Shown piece by piece: positions 20,694 through 29,794 of a DNA stretch of 64,000 nt. The notes under the pieces were generated by a model. It saw nothing but the letters and a program-made list of their open reading frames with translations. It was not told the origin of the DNA and ran no database searches. This DNA is from Chitinivibrionales bacterium (GTDB lineage: Bacteria; Fibrobacterota; Chitinivibrionia; Chitinivibrionales; WJKA01), in assembly GCA_038247415.1 (NCBI GenBank), contig JBBRUX010000011.1:28199-92198 (forward strand), read 5' to 3'. The position numbers were made by a program, and so were the translations under genes. Every line of letters starts with the position of its first letter. Positions within the stretch are counted from its first letter, which is position 1.

Positions 20694-21284
20694 ATGTCTC
20701 GAACTACCGGGCGTAAACCAGTCAGCAATTTCTTTATCAAAAAATCGCTTCAAATCGGATTAATATCCGAAATAATAGGAGCAGTCACATTTGCTTCTAT
20801 TGTAAGCGTTGGCACCATTTTAAGTGTCTACTATTTTCAGCACAGCAGCGTAAGCCTGTATCGCCTCAGCGATCTTGGTAACCTTACCAAAGAAAACATT
20901 TTTGGGCTGCTCCTGCCAAGCCTCCTTATAAGCATAATAGTCAATATTATGTTTGGTTTAATCATTGGGTTATATGCTTCGCGCGCTTTTGCGGTGCCCG
21001 TTTACAAACTCGAACAATGGGCAACGCTTTTAAGAGCCGGCAAGCTGCATACATTATTAAGTTTTCGCGAAAAAAAGAAAATGGCCTCCACCGTAACTCT
21101 TTTTAATAATCTGGCAGTAGATCTTCGCGGAGAACTTTTACAAGTCAAGAAAGCTCTGGAAAGTGGTAAGGAAGCAGACCTTTCTGCAGCCTTGGCGATT
21201 ATGAACAGATTCGATTTTGGGCATGAGTATGCAATTTCAGAAAAATCCATAACCGAAGATGCAGAAACGATTACATCCCAATAA
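20694..21284 (+). CDS. Two-TM membrane protein with HAMP-like cytoplasmic segment
   Basis: GGAGGAG RBS before ATG 20694, two hydrophobic helices, and SRAFAVPVYKLEQ...LFNNL resembling a HAMP domain. Confidence 0.6.
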   Translation: MSRTTGRKPVSNFFIKKSLQIGLISEIIGAVTFASIVSVGTILSVYYFQHSSVSLYRLSDLGNLTKENIFGLLLPSLLISIIVNIMFGLIIGLYASRAFAVPVYKLEQWATLLRAGKLHTLLSFREKKKMASTVTLFNNLAVDLRGELLQVKKALESGKEADLSAALAIMNRFDFGHEYAISEKSITEDAETITSQ

Positions 21285-21371
21285 ATCTGTGACAGCATGT
21301 ATTTTCTGGTTCTTGCGGCACATAGCATTTTTTAACGTATGCCAACGTATGGCTCTTTTCTGGAGATTTTC

Positions 21372-22352
21372 ATGATTGTATCGCGTTCCTCGAGGTGGCT
21401 TGCTCTCCTGACACTTGTTTTCTTCGCATTAAGCAGTGCATCTGCAGCACCCAACAAAAAAAACGCCGAAGAGACTCTTTTTGGAACAGCCACAATCGAT
21501 TCGCTTCTGGCCGTCATGACTCAATTTCTTCCAGAATCGGTCGTTATTGTAAAGGCAACAGTATTTCCACTTTCGGTTACTGGCATCTCGCAAACTAACG
21601 CGTTAGGGTCTTGGGTTAGCGAATATATTGCCTACTCGCTTCAAAGCAATCCGCGATTTGTTTTGGCAGATCAGAAACAATACCGATCAACGCTACGCAA
21701 GCTCGACATCTCGCTTAAAGATGTTCTCGATGATTCTGCATCTCTTTACATTGGGCGTTCCATGGGTGTCGATTACGCAATTTTGGGCTCTATAACGGGC
21801 ACCGGCAACGAAAACAGGTGTGCAATCGAACTTCGCATCATTAATGTTAAAACGGGTGTTATACTAACCGGGGCATCTTCAGGGAGTATTACAAACCACT
21901 ATGATCAGCTTGCCAGTTCGATGCAAACACGACGCATTAAAACCGAAATCGCCCCAACAATGGTACGATCGCTTGTTCCAGGATTTGCTCAATTGTATCG
22001 CAAACGCCCCATTGCAGGGATAATTACCATTACCACCTTTCTGGGATCAGCCGCTTTTATGGCAAGCCAAATTCCAGCGTATTCCAAAGCAAACAAAGAA
22101 TTTCTTGACTATCAAAACTTTAGTCTCGAGAAAGACCAAGAGCTGTATAAAGTAACTGGGGATTCTCTGAAAGAAATTGCATCAGCCAAACTTTCGCCCG
22201 TTATTATTGGAGCATCAATGCTTGGAATCGCCTATTTAGCCAACGTAACCGATGTTTTGGTAGCCAGTGTTATTGCACGCAAAAATTTCACCCTGTACTT
22301 TTCATGTGCGTATCCCCTGCATCCAACACTCACGTTACGCTACAATTTTTAA
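21372..22352 (+). CDS. Exported FlgO/CsgG-like domain protein
   Basis: Signal peptide (SSASA|A), IGRSMGVDYAILGSI...IELRIINVKTGVI, and C-terminal RSLVPGFAQLY plus hydrophobic helices. Confidence 0.65.
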   Translation: MIVSRSSRWLALLTLVFFALSSASAAPNKKNAEETLFGTATIDSLLAVMTQFLPESVVIVKATVFPLSVTGISQTNALGSWVSEYIAYSLQSNPRFVLADQKQYRSTLRKLDISLKDVLDDSASLYIGRSMGVDYAILGSITGTGNENRCAIELRIINVKTGVILTGASSGSITNHYDQLASSMQTRRIKTEIAPTMVRSLVPGFAQLYRKRPIAGIITITTFLGSAAFMASQIPAYSKANKEFLDYQNFSLEKDQELYKVTGDSLKEIASAKLSPVIIGASMLGIAYLANVTDVLVASVIARKNFTLYFSCAYPLHPTLTLRYNF

Positions 22353-22378
22353 CAGCCAGAAATACTCCCCAAGTCAGA

Positions 22379-22412
22379 CCCGCGCAAATACCGTGCGGGA
22401 TCTATTTTATTA
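22379..22412 (+). terminator. Possible intrinsic terminator upstream of tatA
   Basis: CCCGCGC-aaatacc-GTGCGGG hairpin followed by ATCTATTTTATT. Confidence 0.4.
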
Positions 22413-22466
22413 TATATAGTATTATATACGAAGATCGTTTTTTACCAATCAACAAAGGTGGATGGT

Positions 22467-22673
22467 ATGGGCAACATCGGCTTCAATGAATTACTCATTA
22501 TCCTTGTCATCGTATTTCTTCTCTTTGGTGCTAAAAAGATTCCCGAACTTGCAGCAGGGCTTGGAAAAGGCCTCAAGGAATTTAAAAAGGCGCAATCGGA
22601 GCCCGTTACCCCACCCGAGGTTACCGATAAGAAAACAGCAACTCCTACGGATACAACAGAGAAAAAAGCGTGA
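22467..22673 (+). CDS. tatA: Twin-arginine translocase TatA
   Basis: [41 protein letters not shown], adjacent to tatC. Confidence 0.93.
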   Translation: MGNIGFNELLIILVIVFLLFGAKKIPELAAGLGKGLKEFKKAQSEPVTPPEVTDKKTATPTDTTEKKA

Positions 22674-23395
22674 CCCGTCCTTCGGCAGAAATGCCCATTC
22701 TCGACCACCTCGAAGAATTACGGTGGAGGATTATTAAGGCGCTGGGCGCTGTTATTGTTTTTGCTATCCCCAGCGGTATCTACTGGCGAAAAATTTTCGA
22801 CCTTGCGCTCGTATACCCAATGAGCATTGCCAATCCACGACCACGCCTTATTTTTACCACTCCCGGCGAAGCCGTTGTCATCAGTATGAAAATCGCCATT
22901 GTTGGCGGTATTATTGGCGCCCTGCCGGTTCTTTTTTATCAACTTTGGAAATTTGTTGCCCCAGGGCTTTACAAACACGAAAAGAAAATAATACTGCCTA
23001 CCGTACTTGCCTCTACATTTTGTTTTCTCCTGGGCGTTTCATTTGCATACCTGGTGCTTCCCTATTTTGTAAAATTTCTCGCCGAATATGGTGCAGGCGT
23101 GCTCGATCCTTTTTTTAAGGCATCCGATTACATTAATTTTATTATGACCATGGTACTCTCTTTTGGAGCAATTTTCGAATTGCCGGTTGTTGCATTTGCG
23201 CTTGCAAAGCTTGGGATTATTACACCCCAATTTCTTATTAAAAATATCAGATATGCGATCGTGCTCATTTTTGTGGTGGCAGCAATTCTTACCCCTCCCG
23301 ACATTATTTCACAATGCGTTATGGCTGCGCCCCTCATCATTTTATATGGCATGAGTATCCTTACTGCCCACTGGGGACAAAGGAAAAAAACATGA
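22670..23395 (+). CDS. tatC: Twin-arginine translocase TatC
   Basis: [36 protein letters not shown] and AAILTPPD. Confidence 0.96.
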   Translation: MTRPSAEMPILDHLEELRWRIIKALGAVIVFAIPSGIYWRKIFDLALVYPMSIANPRPRLIFTTPGEAVVISMKIAIVGGIIGALPVLFYQLWKFVAPGLYKHEKKIILPTVLASTFCFLLGVSFAYLVLPYFVKFLAEYGAGVLDPFFKASDYINFIMTMVLSFGAIFELPVVAFALAKLGIITPQFLIKNIRYAIVLIFVVAAILTPPDIISQCVMAAPLIILYGMSILTAHWGQRKKT

Positions 23396-24192
23396 TGAAT
23401 GGTATTGGCTTTGGTGAAATTCTCCTGATCGCCCTTTTGGTACTTCTCTTTTTTGGCTCGAAGGAACTACCCGATTTCATACGTAAAGCAGCACAGTTTA
23501 TGGGTAAAATAAAGCAAGCAACCGATCGCGTCCGCTCGGAAATAGATTCCATCGCAACGCCGATCACCTCAATGACACCCCTGCCCGATGCCGGCGCACA
23601 GCGAAGAAACGATGTGCGCATCGAATACCGCGCACATCGAAAAGAGGTACCAGAGGCCTCAAGAAAATCTGCAGCAACGTCAATTACCCAGCACATCACT
23701 CAATTGCCGTCGTATGCCCAATGCACTGCTCTGATGGTGTATGTAAGCGCTCATTCCGAAGTTGACACGAGTGAACTCATTGCACAATGCTTTATCGATA
23801 GCAAACGAGTTATTGTGCCCTATTGCAAAGAGCATACAAATACCATGGGAATTGCAGAGATCAAGAACGTCCAAACCGACCTCGAACTGGGTTCATGTGG
23901 CATACGGGAACCAATCAAAACGCTCCGGGATAATTTTCTTCGCAGCGATCTTACCCTTATCATATGCCCGGGAATTGCATTCGACCGATTTGGCGGACGC
24001 CTTGGCAATGGGAAAGGCTACTACGATTCATTCTTGCGCGAACTTAAAGGAAGATGCCACATGGTAGGCATTGGTTATTCCTGTCAAATACTCGACAACT
24101 CTTTACCATTCTCTTATCATGATATTCCCATGGATCAAGTCATAACCGAAAACGGACCACTCATTACCCAAGCACTCCAGCAGCAGGGATAA
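23392..24192 (+). CDS. Fusion protein: TatB/TatA-family N-terminus plus 5-formyltetrahydrofolate cyclo-ligase
   Basis: ATGA overlap with the tatC stop. N-terminus [30 protein letters not shown] is Tat-like; C-terminus has SEVDT, PGIAFDRFGGRLGNGKGYYD and HDIPMD (YgfA/MTHFS motifs). Confidence 0.85.
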   Translation: MMNGIGFGEILLIALLVLLFFGSKELPDFIRKAAQFMGKIKQATDRVRSEIDSIATPITSMTPLPDAGAQRRNDVRIEYRAHRKEVPEASRKSAATSITQHITQLPSYAQCTALMVYVSAHSEVDTSELIAQCFIDSKRVIVPYCKEHTNTMGIAEIKNVQTDLELGSCGIREPIKTLRDNFLRSDLTLIICPGIAFDRFGGRLGNGKGYYDSFLRELKGRCHMVGIGYSCQILDNSLPFSYHDIPMDQVITENGPLITQALQQQG

Positions 24193-24201
24193 ATTCGAGC
24201 A

Positions 24202-25119
24202 ATGGTACTCGTCCTTCTCTATTGCGCATGCGGCCTTGGGTTAGGTTTACTAACGATTCTTTTCGGTCGCTTCTATCTCGACATTCAAGCCGAATCTTCC
24301 CAGTCAAACCACTCCGGTAACGCACTGGGATGGTTTATACATCCTGTATTTTTACAATTTCGCTACACCTATCCGGCAGCATATGGGGTTCTTCGCATCG
24401 CCTTTTGGACATGGAAATTACCCTTCAAAGATTCTCAAGACCCGCTTCCACCACAAGAGGCTCGTCCTCATAAACCAAAACCTTCTCCCAAAAGCCAAAA
24501 GAGCACCGTGGCCGCTGCGAGAATAACACACGAGATTTCGCCCCGATCTCCTCTACAAAGCACGCAACAAACGATAGAAACACCGCATTCTACCTACGAA
24601 AAAACTTCATATAAAACCTCCACTCAGCAAACGCCGCGCCCTAAAAGAGCACATAGAATAGCACGTTTTTTTTCATTTCTCCGGTCGATTCCAACCAGAC
24701 TGCGGGCAAACCCATGGGTATATCTTATTAGTCAACGAGCCTATCTCGCAAAAATCGGTAGATGGCTGATACGGATTCTTAAGGCAGCATATTATTTTGT
24801 AAGTATTAAAGAATTATCGGTTCGCATTGCGGCATCCTTCGAAAATCCGGCAGACACGGCAAAACTCTATGGTTATTGTGAGGCACTGCGGGCAGCCGTT
24901 ACTACACAAAAAAAACGAGCGTTTTCATGTGTTTTCGTCCCATGTTTTGCAAACGAACCAGTGTCCATTTTTGCAACGGTAAAGGTTCAAACATCGGTGT
25001 GGCAAATGCTGGGCCCTGTATTTATTGGTGTTGCTACATTTCCATATCTTCATACATTTTGGATACTCAGAGCAATGAAAAAACGCACAAAGCATTCCAC
25101 TAAGGATTTGAGAGTATGA
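24202..25119 (+). CDS. Membrane-anchored hypothetical protein (DUF2953-like)
   Basis: N-terminal TM segment, low-complexity linker and FENPADTAKLYG motif. Confidence 0.55.
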   Translation: MVLVLLYCACGLGLGLLTILFGRFYLDIQAESSQSNHSGNALGWFIHPVFLQFRYTYPAAYGVLRIAFWTWKLPFKDSQDPLPPQEARPHKPKPSPKSQKSTVAAARITHEISPRSPLQSTQQTIETPHSTYEKTSYKTSTQQTPRPKRAHRIARFFSFLRSIPTRLRANPWVYLISQRAYLAKIGRWLIRILKAAYYFVSIKELSVRIAASFENPADTAKLYGYCEALRAAVTTQKKRAFSCVFVPCFANEPVSIFATVKVQTSVWQMLGPVFIGVATFPYLHTFWILRAMKKRTKHSTKDLRV

Positions 25120-25907
25120 CGGCACTTGAAACTCTCGATTCAATCGCCGAACTTTTTGGGCGTGCAACTCGTGAAGCAGTCATGGAAGTTGGTGCTATTT
25201 CGATTTTTTTCTGGAAAGTCCTCCGAGTATGCCCAACCCTCATTTTTAAGAAGTTTCATCTCCTTACCGAACAAATGCTCCGTATTGGCGTTGGCTCCAT
25301 TCCGCTCATAGCTTTCATCTCGGTGTTTATTGGGGCGATCACTGTATGGCAAATCAAATACTTTTTTGCCGACATGATTCCCTATTCTATGCTGGGAACC
25401 CTTGTGGGAAAAGCTGTTTTCACCGATCTTGGACCTGTTCTTACAGGACTTGTGATAACCGGCCGAATTGGCGCGATGCTTGCCGCAGAGCTAGGCACCA
25501 TGAAGGTAACAGAACAAGTTGCCGCTATGGAAATCCTCTCGCTCGATCCCTTTTTATATCTTTTAGCACCTAGGATTCTTTCTGGATTTATCATGATGCC
25601 AATGCTCGGCATTATATCATCATTTCTTGCCATCGAAAGCGCTCAATTACTGGCTGCAATGGCGCTCGATGTATCATTTGATACATTTTATAATGGTGTT
25701 CGACTTTTGTTCAGAGTACAAGACGTAATAATCATGCTCACTAAAACATTTGTTTTTGGTGGCGTCGTTGCGCTCTCGGGGTGCTACTTTGGTTACCTTA
25801 CCCATGGGGGTGCAGTTGAAGTTGGACAAGCCACCAATCGCGCTGTTGTCCGTTCGTCAATTTTAATACTGATGATGAATCTTGTGGTTGCAGCGTTGTT
25901 GCTCTAA
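25116..25907 (+). CDS. mlaE: MlaE-family ABC transporter permease
   Basis: GVGSIPL, LGPVLTGLVITGRIGAMLAAELGTMKVTEQVAA and GGAVEVGQATNRAVV. Confidence 0.9.
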   Translation: MTALETLDSIAELFGRATREAVMEVGAISIFFWKVLRVCPTLIFKKFHLLTEQMLRIGVGSIPLIAFISVFIGAITVWQIKYFFADMIPYSMLGTLVGKAVFTDLGPVLTGLVITGRIGAMLAAELGTMKVTEQVAAMEILSLDPFLYLLAPRILSGFIMMPMLGIISSFLAIESAQLLAAMALDVSFDTFYNGVRLLFRVQDVIIMLTKTFVFGGVVALSGCYFGYLTHGGAVEVGQATNRAVVRSSILILMMNLVVAALLL

Positions 25908-25927
25908 CCTTTATTAATGGATACTCC

Positions 25928-28090
25928 ATGAAAAAGAAAACTGCTCCTAGACTTGTAAACGTTCCGCTGTTTTCCCTTGTGGGAAATTTAATTATTTCGC
26001 TCTGCATATTCGCCTACGCCGAAAACATAGTGTTCCCAAGTGATGCCGGAATCATTGACGTCACGAAAGCCCCGTATAATGCAAATAGCCATGGTGCTGT
26101 CAATGCAACCACTCCCATACAGCAAGCCCTTAATGCGTACCCAAATGGTGGAGTCATTATCTATTTGCCCAATGGGACGTATCTTGTCAATGATACGCTT
26201 AAATGGCCCAATGGTAATAGCGGAGCCGATTATAAAAATGTCATTATGCAAGGACAAAGCCGCCTTGGCACCGTTATTCGGCTTGCCAATGCAGAACCAG
26301 GGTATACAAATGCATCTGTCAATAAACCAGTACTCTGGACTGGCCCCCGTCCGGCACAGCGCTTCCGTATCGCAATTCGCAATCTTACCGTTAATACCGG
26401 CACGGGAAATCCCGGCGCTGTTGGCATAGAATTCAACGCTAATAATCAGGGTTGCTTGCGCGACGTTGCCATAACAAGTGGGGACGGACAGGGTCTTATT
26501 GGCCTGGATATGGGTTTCACCTCAGAAATAGGCCCATTGCTGGTTAAAAATCTTACCGTAGATGGATTTGACCTTGGGATACGATCCCGGTATCAAATGA
26601 ATAGTCAGATTCTTGAACATATTACTCTTCGTAATCAAAAAAAGTATGGCTATTACAATTGGGGACAAACCGTTGCTATTCGCGACCTCAATTTTACCGG
26701 AAATGTACCGGCCGTTTTTAATGATGGCGATTCAAGTTTCATGAATATTATTGGGGCTAAGCTTACCGGCACTGGTGCGGCATCTTCGCTTTCTGCCATT
26801 ATTAATAGTGGCACGCTGTATGCCCGTGATTGCTCAACAGCGGTATATGGCACGGCTATCAACAACCTAGCGGGAAACATATCAAAAGTCAATGGCCCCG
26901 TAGTGTACGAATTCGTCAGCCATGCAATAAAGAGCCTTTTTTCGTCGCCACAAACATCATTGCATCTTCCCATTGCCGAAACACCCGAAGTTCCTTGGGA
27001 CGAAAATCTTTCGCAATGGACTCGCGTAGCCCCCGACCTCTCCGATGCAACCAAGGCTTTACAAGACGCTATTGACCGAGGTAACACAACCGTATACCTT
27101 CCCCGTGGCAAATTTGTAGTAAGCGACACCATTTCTATTCGGGGTAATGTAAGACGAATAATTGGTTGCGAAGGATCAATCGAAATCACTCCAGCATTTG
27201 GCGCTACAAATAGCCCGGTATTCATGTTTCGCAATGGTAACGCGCCTGTCGTGGTACTCGAACGATTCAGTATGGGAGGGATTTCAGGTAGCCCTACGGT
27301 ATATGGCTTCAAACACGTATCAAATAGAACTCTCGTGCTCAAGGATATTTCTGGCTGGGGGTACAAAGGTGAAGGGCCAGGTGATGTGTATATCGAGGAT
27401 ATTACCATTAACCAGCTACACAATGTCACCTTTAAAAATCAAAAAACCTGGATTCGTCAACTTAATGTTGAAAACAATGGGGTCAAAACAATCTTTGACA
27501 ATACAACTGGATGGATTCTCGGGCTTAAAACAGAACGACCCGGAACCGTGATTTCTGCCAAAAATGGCAGCTCTGTTGAGCTCTATGGGGGGTTCACCTA
27601 CGGCACCATGACGCCCGAATTAATACTCCCTTGGTTTAATATCGAGAACTCTTCATTTTCTGCATCCGCATGTGAAATTAATCTAGATACCATTACGGGG
27701 AATTACCACTGGTATGCACCTCCAGAATCATTGCTCGTGCGCGAAGTTCGAGGGAATCTGTCAGATACCCTATATCGAGCTGACGCTGCACGGCATATGA
27801 TCGAAGCGTCCAAGTTGCCATTATATGTAGGCTATTCTTCTGCAGCAGCCAAATCGCCTGTGGCATATGCCTCGCGTAAAGCAAGCGTACCAGTTAAGTC
27901 GATAAACATGGGCATTAATTCTTCAAAAAGATCTCTGCCTGCAGATGCAAAAAGCCTACAAATCTACGATTTACAGGGCCGATTGGTGTGGCAGTACGAT
28001 AAAAACCGATCGGTTCCTCTCGAAGAAATTGGCATGCCAAAATCGGTTACCAAACGAAAAGGCATCATGTTTACGATTATTTCGAAGTAA
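25928..28090 (+). CDS. Secreted beta-helix polysaccharide-active enzyme (GH55/pectate_lyase_3-like) with basic T9SS-like C-terminal domain
   Basis: Two copies of the DATxAIQxA...YLPxGxY/F cap (IDVTKAPYNA...PIQQAL...YLPNGTYLV and DATKALQDAID...VYLPRGKF), and C-terminal LQIYDLQGRLV...KGIMF. Confidence 0.75.
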   Translation: MKKKTAPRLVNVPLFSLVGNLIISLCIFAYAENIVFPSDAGIIDVTKAPYNANSHGAVNATTPIQQALNAYPNGGVIIYLPNGTYLVNDTLKWPNGNSGADYKNVIMQGQSRLGTVIRLANAEPGYTNASVNKPVLWTGPRPAQRFRIAIRNLTVNTGTGNPGAVGIEFNANNQGCLRDVAITSGDGQGLIGLDMGFTSEIGPLLVKNLTVDGFDLGIRSRYQMNSQILEHITLRNQKKYGYYNWGQTVAIRDLNFTGNVPAVFNDGDSSFMNIIGAKLTGTGAASSLSAIINSGTLYARDCSTAVYGTAINNLAGNISKVNGPVVYEFVSHAIKSLFSSPQTSLHLPIAETPEVPWDENLSQWTRVAPDLSDATKALQDAIDRGNTTVYLPRGKFVVSDTISIRGNVRRIIGCEGSIEITPAFGATNSPVFMFRNGNAPVVVLERFSMGGISGSPTVYGFKHVSNRTLVLKDISGWGYKGEGPGDVYIEDITINQLHNVTFKNQKTWIRQLNVENNGVKTIFDNTTGWILGLKTERPGTVISAKNGSSVELYGGFTYGTMTPELILPWFNIENSSFSASACEINLDTITGNYHWYAPPESLLVREVRGNLSDTLYRADAARHMIEASKLPLYVGYSSAAAKSPVAYASRKASVPVKSINMGINSSKRSLPADAKSLQIYDLQGRLVWQYDKNRSVPLEEIGMPKSVTKRKGIMFTIISK

Positions 28091-28126
28091 CAACCCCTTT
28101 CTTGGGCCCTAACGCTTTCAACCCAT

Positions 28127-28160
28127 AATGCACCATACTAACCTTTGGTGCATTTTTTTT
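28127..28160 (+). terminator. Intrinsic terminator
   Basis: AATGCACCA-N10-TGGTGCATT stem followed by a T-run. Confidence 0.65.
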
Positions 28161-28260
28161 ATCTGCTGCACCTGTGTACTCTTTACATGTGCAATTATAT
28201 CGAGAGAAATTTGATTCTGATCACATCATCGATTAATTTTTCTAAGTGGCCATGTTACAA

Positions 28261-28277
28261 TCGGCATTATGCTTGCC
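28261..28277 (+). promoter_or_regulatory. Possible sigma54 (-24/-12) promoter
   Basis: TCGGCATTATGCTTGCC fits GG-N10-GC with TTGC, about 90 nt upstream of the ATG at 28369. Confidence 0.3.
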
Positions 28278-28368
28278 TGGCAGGCATTACTATTGTATAC
28301 TAATCAATATTAATGATATCGTTTCTACGACCGCTTACACACGTACCATTACTGCAAAAGGATTCCTC

Positions 28369-29700
28369 ATGCAACTCAGGCATTTGTTCTTTAGCTTCAT
28401 TTCAATGGCTCTACTTTCAACCCTTGCATTCTCTCAGTCACTCTCATCGGTACCCGCTCAAAAGCTAGCGCAACCAGGAAAGCCTACCATTGCACTCATG
28501 ACAATAAAAAACACCTCAGGTGTTGATGCCGGCGAGGCAGAAATTATTAGCGACAGGCTTCGAGGGGAACTTTTCAATACCGGAATGGTTGAGGTAATGG
28601 AACGAGAGCAAATGCAGGAAATTCTTAAAGAACAAGGATTCCAGGCATCTGGCGTATGCACCGACGAAGAATGCCTTGTTAAAATGGGGCATATCCTTGG
28701 AGTGCAAAAATTGGTTACCGGATCTATCGGCAAACTTGGCTCAAAGTTCCTCATAAATATTCGCAGTGTCGATGTTCAAACAGCTCGAATCGACCGCGTT
28801 GTCAAACGCGACATCTCAGGAAGCATCGATGAAGTAGTCGATCATTTGCCATCAATTGCCGAGGAACTTACTAAAACTGCGCAACCTCAAAAGGCTACAA
28901 GCATCGCAGCCGTAGAGACTCGCAAGAATGAAGAAACAGCACAAGAAAAAGAAGAATCAGAAGCAGAAAGTAAGCCTGAGGTGGTAGTGGTTGTAAACGA
29001 AAAAAAGAAAGAAAAGGGAGATAATAGCGGTGATAGGAATAAAAACCGAAGTGGCATACGGCTGCATGCTGCACTCTCCGGTCCAACAATCAAGATTTCT
29101 GAGCACTGGGATACTACTGCCTCTGGGTATTATAACCAACCCCCTTTTAGCTATGATACCATCACATTTACCAAAACAAATCTTCTGCTTACCAGCGAAA
29201 TTGGGATAGATTTTCTAATCCGTCTTGGACAACTCTTCACTCTGGATATCGGGATTAATTATATTGGACAGCAAAGCAGCTTTACAAGGGTCAACGTTTT
29301 TGACACTGCCAAAACATGGAAAATAGCCAGCGATGTTTACGCATTACGGTTTGGGCCAACTTTTGTCAAGCGAATCCATGCAATTAAAATTAATGCAGGA
29401 TTAATTATTGACGTTGGCTTATCATTAGCGCAATGGGACTATTCTGAATCGCTCTACGGTTATTCTCTTTTTACACCAATAACCTATGACTTTGTGGGCG
29501 GACAATTTGGCTTTGGCGGAAAAATTGGTGCGGAATACCTTATTGGTAAGCATTTTGGGATTGGAGCAGATTTGAAATTCGAACGAAGCGCTGCATCCCT
29601 TATTGTTTCCAGTTCTACACCTAATTATGATTATCCCAACGAATTAACGTTCCAGTATCCTTCTGTTTGGTTCGACTTTTCCGCCACTTTTTATTTCTAG
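28369..29700 (+). CDS. Exported CsgG/HfaB-like domain plus outer-membrane beta-barrel protein
   Basis: Signal peptide; VMEREQMQEILKEQGFQ..G.C....C...MGHILGVQKLVTGSIG; acidic linker; amphipathic strands ending in SATFYF. Confidence 0.75.
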   Translation: MQLRHLFFSFISMALLSTLAFSQSLSSVPAQKLAQPGKPTIALMTIKNTSGVDAGEAEIISDRLRGELFNTGMVEVMEREQMQEILKEQGFQASGVCTDEECLVKMGHILGVQKLVTGSIGKLGSKFLINIRSVDVQTARIDRVVKRDISGSIDEVVDHLPSIAEELTKTAQPQKATSIAAVETRKNEETAQEKEESEAESKPEVVVVVNEKKKEKGDNSGDRNKNRSGIRLHAALSGPTIKISEHWDTTASGYYNQPPFSYDTITFTKTNLLLTSEIGIDFLIRLGQLFTLDIGINYIGQQSSFTRVNVFDTAKTWKIASDVYALRFGPTFVKRIHAIKINAGLIIDVGLSLAQWDYSESLYGYSLFTPITYDFVGGQFGFGGKIGAEYLIGKHFGIGADLKFERSAASLIVSSSTPNYDYPNELTFQYPSVWFDFSATFYF

Positions 29701-29794
29701 TATACTCTAAGTTTCTCTTTTTATTAAAAAAGCTCTCCACGAACCCTGGCGGGCTTTTATTTTTTTGTCATATTCATACGGTCGGAGAAAAAAC

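Noticed and set aside
23314..23620. 6S RNA upstream of the ygfA-like domain
   Set aside because: The upstream sequence is fully coding (tatC and the Tat-like N-terminus), leaving no room for ssrS.
25928..26020. Glycanase as a Tat substrate because it follows the tat genes
   Set aside because: The leader MKKKTAPRLVNVPLF has no twin-arginine motif and looks Sec-type.
26653..27429. Long antisense ORFs (258 aa here; also 13326-14012 and 58267-58836)
   Set aside because: They lie wholly opposite well-supported genes and have no motifs, so they are treated as shadow ORFs.
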